A DNA stretch of 64,000 bases from Candidatus Parcubacteria bacterium. Its GTDB lineage: Bacteria; Patescibacteriota; Patescibacteriia; Patescibacteriales; UBA12075. Location: the NCBI GenBank assembly GCA_002869165.1, contig PKTK01000001.1:318005-382004 (forward strand). The letters are read 5' to 3'. Positions 1 through 7,377 of the stretch are shown here, piece after piece; the first letter of the stretch is position 1, and each line of letters starts with the position of its first letter. The notes under the pieces were generated by a model. That model had not been told where the DNA came from, made no database searches, and was given only the letters and a program-made list of their open reading frames with translations. The position numbers and the translations under genes are program-made.

Positions 1-1
1 T

Positions 2-142
2 AAAAATTTAGTAGGTGAAAAAAATATCGCAGCTCTTGAGTTGCCTGGTTTCTATGGAGAAGGTATAGAAACCTGGGCAAGTTCAGGTGCTGTTTTTATT
101 TTTGAAAATGATTATTTGACCTATGTTGAAACCTTAGATTAG
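2..142 (+). CDS. C-terminal end of an unidentified gene entering from upstream of the window
   Basis: Frame 2 is open from the window edge to TAG 140-142 (...FIFENDYLTYVETLD*). No family recognised. Confidence 0.35.
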   Translation, partial: KNLVGEKNIAALELPGFYGEGIETWASSGAVFIFENDYLTYVETLD

Positions 143-145
143 TTT

Positions 146-1384
146 ATGAGATCAAGTTTTTACAAAACTTATATTCTGACAGCTCTGATCGCTGTTTTGG
201 TGTTCACGTCAATTCCACAGGAGGCTCAAGCACGCAATCTATTTCGGCAGTTTTTTCATGATATTCGTCGGGCAACTACTTTTATTGTTAAATTACCTGA
301 CAAAGCTACCAGGTGGATGGGACCAGTGCTAGGACCCATTGCTTCGGGTTTGCTTACTCAGAATTTGGCCGGACACCATAGATTTGGTCAACTCTTTTCT
401 AATATCCGTAGAGCCAATAATGTGATCGAAGATGTAGAGGAACAGAGAAGATTAACTGGGGAGGTGAGGCAGATGTATCGAGACCAGGCAACTGAGCTAA
501 GGAATTATGTATCACAACTAGAGGAAGCCAGAGAGACCCTGCGCACTCAACTCATAGATAGAGATGTAAATATGCATGATTATATTCAGACAGCAATTGA
601 GCTTGATCGAATGATCGAAACTGTGAACCAAACAGCCAACAGATTTGATACTAGTGCGGAAAATTTAAGAACCCAAGATATTGTTAAAATAGCTGGGCAG
701 AATCTACTCAATTCAGTGGTAGGAGAAATACAGAATGTTGCTTTGGGAGAATTGCAGGAAGAAATATTTGATGTAATTAATCCAGATATCATTCGTATCT
801 TAACTGATCAGGATTCTAGAGGTCTGGACGCGCTCATTGAAATGGCGCTAGCTAATGAACGGGATAATTATGACGGAGAATTTAATTGGGATGAATTAAA
901 GGATAGAGTCAGGGATAGGATCAGGGAAATGTTGGAAGATAATAAGAACAATTTCGAAGGAAATTTACGAGATGAGATCCAGTCGATATTAGCAGAGCTA
1001 GCCAATAATATGAACGAAGAGTCAGGCGATCTGGGAGAACAGGTAAATGAACTAAGTGATGGTGTTAAAGATAATGAAGCTGAAGAGGTGAAAAATCCCT
1101 ATACTGATGATGAACTTGTAACAAGTTTAAGCGATATTCCAGTTGACGAGTTTGGCTGTCGCCCAGGCTATGAATGGCAAAGAATGAGCGGAGTAGGCTG
1201 TGTGCAGTCAGATTGTAGAGAAACTGGAGCTCATTATTCATATACCAAGGCCTGTATATGTGGACTTGTAGATCCTAAACCAGGAGACAAGACCAAGTCT
1301 TGCGCTCGACCATCAAATTATTTGGCCTGTCCATCTTGTGTTTTTGCCTGTGTTGACCCAGATGCTGAATGTCCTGAGAGATAA
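146..1384 (+). CDS. secreted coiled-coil protein with Cys-rich C-terminal domain (function unknown)
   Basis: 412-aa ORF. N-terminal signal peptide ending AQA/RN, long charged helical middle, last ~75 aa contain 10 Cys. Followed by a hairpin terminator. Confidence 0.7.
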   Translation: MRSSFYKTYILTALIAVLVFTSIPQEAQARNLFRQFFHDIRRATTFIVKLPDKATRWMGPVLGPIASGLLTQNLAGHHRFGQLFSNIRRANNVIEDVEEQRRLTGEVRQMYRDQATELRNYVSQLEEARETLRTQLIDRDVNMHDYIQTAIELDRMIETVNQTANRFDTSAENLRTQDIVKIAGQNLLNSVVGEIQNVALGELQEEIFDVINPDIIRILTDQDSRGLDALIEMALANERDNYDGEFNWDELKDRVRDRIREMLEDNKNNFEGNLRDEIQSILAELANNMNEESGDLGEQVNELSDGVKDNEAEEVKNPYTDDELVTSLSDIPVDEFGCRPGYEWQRMSGVGCVQSDCRETGAHYSYTKACICGLVDPKPGDKTKSCARPSNYLACPSCVFACVDPDAECPER

Positions 1385-1410
1385 AAATTATAAAATATGA
1401 TCAAATAAAC

Positions 1411-1435
1411 AAAATCGCTTAAGTAGGCGATTTTT
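1411..1435 (+). terminator. rho-independent terminator, copy 1 of a conserved terminator/promoter cassette
   Basis: AAAATCGC (1411-1418), 8-nt loop, GCGATTTT (1427-1434), T-run. Immediately followed by TGtTATAAT (1435-1443). Confidence 0.75.
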
Positions 1436-1466
1436 GTTATAATAAGAATAAGACTTATAATAAAAT

Positions 1467-2048
1467 ATGAAAATAGAATACGAAGCAACATTTAAAGAGG
1501 TTAACAAAGAGGATATTCGAGCTAGACTTGAAAAGACTGGGGCGGTTTTGAAGAAAAAGGAATTCTTACAAAAGCGGACTACTTTTAATCTTGGAAGTTA
1601 TAAAGATGGTCAACATGCTTGGGTGCGTGTTAGAGATGAAGGGGATAGAATCACAATGTCATACAAGGAAGTAAATGGAAGCAAAATAGAAGATCAAAAG
1701 GAAATTGAGCTTTTGGTTAATGATTACCAAGTGGCCGAGAGATTTGTCTTGGCTTTGGGGTGTGAGAAAAAGGCCTATCAAGAAACCAAGCGGGAACTAT
1801 GGGAGTTAGATGGAGTTGAGATCATGATAGATACTTGGCCATTTTTGGATCCGTTTATAGAGATAGAAGGAAAAACCGCAGAAGCGGTTAAAGACACTGT
1901 TCAGAAACTTGGGTTTGAATATGGTGAAGCAATATTTGGTTCAGTTGATGTTTTGTATAATGAAAAATATGGTGTTAGTAAAAATACCATAAATAACAAA
2001 ACTCCCTTGATAGTGTTTGATATGGAGAATCCTTTTGTAGATAATTAA
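1467..2048 (+). CDS. CYTH-domain protein (CyaB-like class IV adenylyl cyclase / triphosphatase family)
   Basis: 193 aa. N-terminal KIEYEATFK resembles the CYTH ExExK start; size and later acidic motifs (WVRVRDEGD, IEIEG) fit the family. Confidence 0.5.
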   Translation: MKIEYEATFKEVNKEDIRARLEKTGAVLKKKEFLQKRTTFNLGSYKDGQHAWVRVRDEGDRITMSYKEVNGSKIEDQKEIELLVNDYQVAERFVLALGCEKKAYQETKRELWELDGVEIMIDTWPFLDPFIEIEGKTAEAVKDTVQKLGFEYGEAIFGSVDVLYNEKYGVSKNTINNKTPLIVFDMENPFVDN

Positions 2049-2247
2049 CAGAAAAAAATAGACTTGGTTTTTGTGGGTTGTTTTGTAGTAGCGATCACCT
2101 GCGGTGATCTAACGATATCTACGTTTAAGATTTTTCGTTTCACTCAGAATTACAAAAAGAAGAAGTTAGTGTTTTAATTAGATTACTTCACTTCGCTTGC
2201 AATAACAGGAAAGAAAAAGGGTATTAAATAGTTAATATATAAAACAT

Positions 2248-3162
2248 ATGAATAGTGCAAAAGGGGCGGCTTTGGCTTTGGGAGGGGCCATTGTAATCAT
2301 AGGGTGGATAATTTATTATGCAGCGGATCAGTATGCTAGTGAAAATCAAGGACCAGGCTCGGGTGACGAAGTTACTGTGGAAGAGCCTACCGGTCCTGGC
2401 AGTGGTGAAGAAGTTGATCGGGGAAATGGACCAGGAGAACCGGGTCCAGGAAGTGGATAGGAAATAATCCCAGGGGACCCAGAGTACGATCCTAGTATGC
2501 AAGAGCCTACCGGTCCTGGTAGCGGAGATGAACTACCTGCTGATGAACCCACAGGTCCTGGCTCGGGAGATGAATTGCCAGCTGATGAACCAACCGGTCC
2601 TGGCTATGGAGATGAGCTACCTGCTGATGAACCCACAGGTCCTGGTTCTGGTGATGAAGTTCCAAGTGATGAACCAACTGGTCCTGGTTCTGGTGATGAA
2701 GTCTCTGCTGATGAACCAACCGGTCCTGGAAGCGGGGATGAGATACCAGCTGATGAACCAACTGGTCCCGGCTCTGGGGATGAGATACCAGCTGATGAAC
2801 CAACTGGTCCTGGTTCTGGAGATGAAATAATAGAAGAGCCGACTGGCCCAGGTTCAGGTGAAGAGGCAAAAGTTCATGCATCTTGCAATGCTATTGGTAG
2901 GGCTAGTACTTGTATTGATTATATTGGATCATTTTGGTCTTTTCTTCAAAACACTGAACTCAACTGTAATGGTGTTGGTGCTCACTCAACAGAACCTTGT
3001 CCTCAACCATCAGTTGGTGGCTGCAATGTAAGTGCTGGTACTAGTAATGAAATAGTAATATGGCATTATGACTACGGGGGAGACCCATTTACTCCAGACG
3101 TAGTTCCGTACGCTGCTATGACTTGTAATGCTAATCCAATGGCATCATGGCTGGCTAATTGA
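2248..3162 (+). pseudogene. membrane-anchored acidic repeat protein with Cys-rich C-terminal domain, one frame interrupted by in-frame TAG at 2458-2460
   Basis: ORFs 2248-2460 and 2497-3162 are in the same frame with only one stop between them. The N-terminal TM helix is in the first piece. The PGSG(D/E)E repeats run across the stop (GPGSG*EIIPGD versus later GPGSGDEIIEEP). Confidence 0.65.
2503..2874 (+). repeat. 42-bp coding tandem repeat (14-aa unit EPTGPGSGDExPAD), 7 full plus 2 variant units
   Basis: Units start at 2503, 2545, 2587, 2629, 2671, 2713 and 2755, with variant units at 2797 and 2836. More degenerate copies lie upstream from ~2343. Confidence 0.9.
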
Positions 3163-3171
3163 TACTATATA

Positions 3172-3196
3172 AAAATCGCCTTTTTATGCGATTTTT
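3172..3196 (+). terminator. rho-independent terminator, copy 2 of the conserved cassette
   Basis: AAAATCGC (3172-3179), 8-nt loop, GCGATTTT (3188-3195), followed by TGtTATAAT (3196-3204). 27 nt are identical to copy 1 (GCGATTTTTGTTATAATAAGAATAAGA). Confidence 0.75.
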
Positions 3197-3316
3197 GTTA
3201 TAATAAGAATAAGAAGATATTGATAAATAATTAAAATAATATAAAAGGAGGATTTACTTCAAAGGTCGAACTTTGATCTTTAAATGAAAAGAATTTAATA
3301 ATTAAAAAAGAAAATT

Positions 3317-4525
3317 ATGAAAAAATATTTAATCTTTTTACTAGTTTTTGCAATTTCATTTTCATTGACATCAACTATTGTGTTTGCTTATACTGCACCA
3401 AGCACAAATGATGCAAACCGAACAAATGGTTGGGCACATGTTAATGAGCTAAGTGTTAGTTCAGGCGAAATTGAATTAGAATTTGTACAACTAAGGACTA
3501 ACGTTGTTTCTTGTTTTGAATATCGAACTGATGGAGATGTCAGTCAGGTAATTGATGAAGAGCATCCACTTGAGTATTATGGAGTTGCAGATGAAAGTGA
3601 AGGTTTGCAAGAGTATCCTTATTTTTGTTTATCAAGTCCAGGAACTAGAGTTGAAACTTTTTATCCTAGTGAGTTTGTAGAAGTTAGATTGTTATTTGGT
3701 GGTGAAGGAGATGAACGTTTTGATTGGACTAAATTTGAATTGCCATTTGAAAGAAGTGCAGAAATTACAGCTCCGGCTGAAAATAGTTTGTTTTCAGGTG
3801 ATGTTGAATTTATGGCAAGTTATATTGATGAAGACGGGGATGATGGTGTTGCGTGGGCAATAAGATTCGAAACCTGTGCTCCTGATAATTCAGCTAATGT
3901 AGCGGGAAATGTTGGTAGTTTTTCAGGCGGAAACGCAACTCCTTATACATGGGATGGTGCAGATTTTTATTCACAAATCGATACTTCAGCTTGGGTTGAT
4001 GGAGATTATTGTTTTATTTTTAACCAGCAGGATGATTCTGGTGAAGAGGATTTACGAGAAACTCGTTGGTTTAGAGTTGATAACAGTGCTCCAGCTATTA
4101 CCCTTAACAATCCTGAAGATGGAACTATCTATCAAGGCATAGTTCCATTTGAAGCAGTTTGTAATGAAGATTGCGATTATATTAATTTTTGGTGGACCAA
4201 AGTAAGCGAACCTTTTGATTCAGCTGACAGGCAATATCATTATGTTCGTGAAGATGGCACCTTGTTCGAGTGGGAACTAGACACCCTAGCTCCTGAGTAT
4301 TGGAAAGATGATGTTAGATCTCAAATGGATGACGGTGATTACTATGTCTATGCTGCTGGGAAAGACTTGGCTGGTAATTGGGCTCGCTCTGAAAGAGTAA
4401 TGATCACTATAGATAACAATCCAGACACCAAGGATGAATGTAAGAAGGACGGTTGGGAAAATTATGGTTTCAAGAATCAAGGACAATGTGTGATGTTCAT
4501 TGAAACTGGTAAAGATAGTAGATAG
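3317..4525 (+). CDS. secreted acidic protein, function unknown
   Basis: 402 aa. Signal peptide (MKKYLIFLLVFAISFSLTSTIVFA), Asp/Glu-rich, C-terminal KDECKKDGWENYGFKNQGQCV motif. Confidence 0.7.
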   Translation: MKKYLIFLLVFAISFSLTSTIVFAYTAPSTNDANRTNGWAHVNELSVSSGEIELEFVQLRTNVVSCFEYRTDGDVSQVIDEEHPLEYYGVADESEGLQEYPYFCLSSPGTRVETFYPSEFVEVRLLFGGEGDERFDWTKFELPFERSAEITAPAENSLFSGDVEFMASYIDEDGDDGVAWAIRFETCAPDNSANVAGNVGSFSGGNATPYTWDGADFYSQIDTSAWVDGDYCFIFNQQDDSGEEDLRETRWFRVDNSAPAITLNNPEDGTIYQGIVPFEAVCNEDCDYINFWWTKVSEPFDSADRQYHYVREDGTLFEWELDTLAPEYWKDDVRSQMDDGDYYVYAAGKDLAGNWARSERVMITIDNNPDTKDECKKDGWENYGFKNQGQCVMFIETGKDSR

Positions 4526-4547
4526 TATATTTTCTCTATAAATAGCA

Positions 4548-4572
4548 AAAATCGCTCTTTGGGGCGATTTTT
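4548..4572 (+). terminator. rho-independent terminator, copy 3 of the conserved cassette
   Basis: AAAATCGC (4548-4555), 8-nt loop, GCGATTTT (4564-4571), followed by TGtTATAAT (4572-4580). Confidence 0.75.
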
Positions 4573-4607
4573 GTTATAATTTAAATATTTATAAATAAAT
4601 TAAATAT

Positions 4608-5609
4608 ATGGAGAATAAGGCAAAAGTGTATTTTGTAAAATTAAATGAATTAGAAAAAATAAGATCTGTTCTTCCTCAGTTCGAAGGGAAACTGGGGCTA
4701 AAGTGTCATTTTGGTGAAGAAGGCAATGATGCTTTTGTGTCAGCTGATCTTATTAAACAAATAGCCAGTATGGTTAATTATCCTCCTATGCTTGAGACTA
4801 CTGTACTTTACAGAGGTTCAAGATCAAATGCTTCAAGTCACAATGAAGTAGCACGTAAGCATGGATTTGATTTTGCCGATATTGATATTTTTGATGGTGA
4901 AGAAGGGGATAATAGTCTAGAAATCGAAATGTCTAGGGAAAATAAGAATGGTGAAGCAAAGACGTATTTTTTGGGCAAGAATCTAGAAAATTATGACTCA
5001 CTTTTAGTAATATCTCATTTCAAAGGCCATATTGCAGCTGGTTTTGGTGGTGCTATCAAGAATCTGTCTATGGGCTTGGCTGCTAGACGAGGCAAGCTTG
5101 ACATGCACGCTGGTGTAAAACATCAGGTAACAGAAAATGAATGCACGATTTGCGGAACTTGTATCAAGAATTGTCCAGTTTAGGCGATTAGTTATAATGA
5201 AAACAATAAGGCATTTATAGATCAAGAAAAATGTATTAGTTGTTCTAAATGTATTGCAGTTTGCCCAATACAGGCTATACATATTCCCTGGGGTACAACC
5301 GTAGAAGATGATTTTAAAAATAGTTTAGCCGAATATGCTCAAGCAGCAATTAAAGGTAAGAATTGTTTTTATGTTAATTTTCTTACTAATATTGTTCCAC
5401 AATGTGATTGTATGGGTATTTCACAAACTCCCATGTGTGATGATATTGGCGTGCTTATTTCTAGCGATCCCGTGGCTATAGATCAGGCATCATTTGATAT
5501 GATTACCAAACATTGCGAAGAATTCAAGCATTATAATGGCGAACAGACGCTTATTCACGGTGAAAAGATTGGTTTGGGTAGTAGAGCATATGAAATTAAA
5601 GAAATTTAA
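4608..5609 (+). pseudogene. DUF362-type Fe-S protein with inserted 2x[4Fe-4S] ferredoxin domain, interrupted by in-frame TAG at 5181-5183
   Basis: ORFs 4608-5183 and 5412-5609 share a frame, and the stretch between them is open. The read-through translation gives CTICGTCIKNCPV*AISYN...CISCSKCIAVCPIQAI, two ferredoxin cluster motifs. Confidence 0.7.
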
Positions 5610-5689
5610 TTTAATTTTAATTTAAATGTTATATAAATAAAATATATAAACTAATTAACTTATTTAAATAATTAAATTAAAGAAAAAAT

Positions 5690-6172
5690 ATGAAAAAATT
5701 TATTCCCGTATTTATTCTAGCTCTAGTTTTTGCGCTAGGAGCTACAGTAGCTTTAGCTGGTAACGGGTCAGCCGGACCTACAGAAAAAGTAACAGGAACT
5801 ATAGTTACTGTTCCAGCTAATCCAGCTCTTTCTTATGCTGTTTCTGAGTTTAATGCCTTTGAGGAAAGCGCCAAAGGTCCTGCCAAGGGCATGTATCATT
5901 GGTGGGCATATAATCCAGATGGAAGTTTGTATAGAGAAATTATTGTAGAAGTTACTAAAGCAAATATAGAAGGAGATACAGCAACCTTTTCAGGTTTTGC
6001 AACTTATGATAGTTTTGACACAATAGTAGGTAATGAATTTAGCTTTTATGCTATGGATGGAGGAACTCCAGGGTCAGGTAACGATTTAGTTTCATGGGGT
6101 TGGCCAGGATTAAATGAAAAAGAAATTATTGGTGGCAACTTGACAGTTCACTCATACGAAGAATTAGACTAG
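5690..6172 (+). CDS. secreted protein, function unknown
   Basis: 160 aa. Signal peptide MKKFIPVFILALVFALGATVALA. Terminator follows. Confidence 0.65.
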   Translation: MKKFIPVFILALVFALGATVALAGNGSAGPTEKVTGTIVTVPANPALSYAVSEFNAFEESAKGPAKGMYHWWAYNPDGSLYREIIVEVTKANIEGDTATFSGFATYDSFDTIVGNEFSFYAMDGGTPGSGNDLVSWGWPGLNEKEIIGGNLTVHSYEELD

Positions 6173-6187
6173 TTTGAAATACAAAAA

Positions 6188-6215
6188 AGCACTTAATATT
6201 TTTGAGTGCTTTTTT
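6188..6215 (+). terminator. rho-independent terminator
   Basis: AGCACTT, 9-nt loop, GAGTGCT, then TTTTT. Confidence 0.7.
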
Positions 6216-6309
6216 AATTACTTGACAAAATAATCAAAATAGGTTAATTTTAGGTATTGATTTTTGAAAAACCAAAGAATTATTTACTATAAAAAGAGGA
6301 GGGCTCGGT

Positions 6310-6831
6310 ATGAAAATGAATTTGGAGTTGGCTATTTTGGAATTAGTGAAAATGCATAAGTTGCGGAGATGTACTATAACCAAAGCTGTTCATATTTGTG
6401 TTAACATAGTCTATGGTATAAAGAATATAGACAATGTCTCTGATTCGATTATGCACTCAAGTTATCTTCATTTGGTATGTTATAAACCAAATGAAAACAC
6501 GATTATTTTAGTAGGGGTAACTGAGCTAGATGAACTTTATGAAGGTGACGAGTTTTTTCTAAAGCCAAGACTAAAAGAAAACAGTGACGTTGATATTTTT
6601 ACCCAGGTTGTGGAGGAGTTTGAGCGAAATTGTAAGCTTGATCTGAATAAAATGCTAGAAAAAACAAACATTAATATGGGACAAGCTGATCTTAAGGAGC
6701 TTGAACCTACAGTGTGTATTTTTTCTAAAAACAGGTTAGTCAAATTTAGAATGAAAGGTAAGATAAACAAAATAAAGCATGCAACCGTGAAAAAGGTTAA
6801 TGGTGAATACGTTTTTGAGGCAAAAAAATAA
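6310..6831 (+). CDS. hypothetical protein
   Basis: 173 aa. Strong SD (AAGAGGAGGG) 6-7 nt upstream of the ATG. No family recognised. Confidence 0.6.
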   Translation: MKMNLELAILELVKMHKLRRCTITKAVHICVNIVYGIKNIDNVSDSIMHSSYLHLVCYKPNENTIILVGVTELDELYEGDEFFLKPRLKENSDVDIFTQVVEEFERNCKLDLNKMLEKTNINMGQADLKELEPTVCIFSKNRLVKFRMKGKINKIKHATVKKVNGEYVFEAKK

Positions 6832-6844
6832 ACAAATTGTTATT

Positions 6845-6877
6845 AAGCGTTCAATTTTTAGGATTGAGCGCTTTTTT
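6845..6877 (+). terminator. rho-independent terminator
   Basis: AAGCGTTCAAT / ATTGAGCGCTT stem (10 of 11 paired) followed by TTTTTT. Confidence 0.75.
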
Positions 6878-6990
6878 ATTGCTTTCGAATTTTTAGGAAT
6901 AATATGATTATAAAAAATAATGATTAATATTTGGAATATTCGATTAAAAATGTTATAATAGTAATATTAAAATTATTTATACACACGTTA

Positions 6991-7359
6991 ATGCTTAGCA
7001 ATAATATTGCCCTTTACGGGGCAAAAATTTTGGTTGAAATAAGCAGGGATTTTTTATATTTCCCTGTTTGGTGGTACTCACAGGGACTTTATTATTTTAG
7101 TAAGAAACTTATCTTGTTTTTATCTAATATGCAGAAATCTCTGGCCCTTTGGGTTTGGATAAAAAACATTCATAGACCCATGTATCAACAAAAAGACTGG
7201 CAGGGGAGATTGATAAGTTTTTTTATTCGTATAGTTCAAATAATAGTTAGAGCATTAGCCATGCTGGTTTGGCTTCTGGTTTGTTTGCTACTTTTCTTGG
7301 CCTGGGTAGCTGTGCCGATTTATGCTTTTTATCAGCTTTATTATCAAATAGTATTTTAA
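6991..7359 (+). CDS. small integral membrane protein, function unknown
   Basis: The track ORF starts at TTG 6931. The first ATG is at 6991. Hydrophobic with several predicted TM helices. Confidence 0.5.
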   Translation: MLSNNIALYGAKILVEISRDFLYFPVWWYSQGLYYFSKKLILFLSNMQKSLALWVWIKNIHRPMYQQKDWQGRLISFFIRIVQIIVRALAMLVWLLVCLLLFLAWVAVPIYAFYQLYYQIVF

Positions 7360-7377
7360 AAAATAGCAACAAGGAGA

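Noticed and set aside
2503-2874. CRISPR array
   Set aside because: The 42-bp units are contiguous with no unique spacers and lie in an open reading frame. No cas genes are nearby.
2224-2881. Four overlapping ORFs on both strands across the repeat array (2224-2502 -, 2346-2552 -, 2507-2881 -, 2528-2830 +)
   Set aside because: They are shadow frames of the 42-bp coding repeat. Their low-complexity products (HQ/LV-rich) simply mirror the periodic sequence. The frame encoding EPTGPGSGDE links a TM anchor to a Cys-rich domain and is the coding one.
6188-6215. Second CIRCE element (AGCACTT-N9-GAGTGCT with the correct 9-nt spacing)
   Set aside because: Only the inner 6-7 nt of each arm match the consensus. 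The hairpin is followed by a T-run directly after a stop codon, so it is most simply a terminator.
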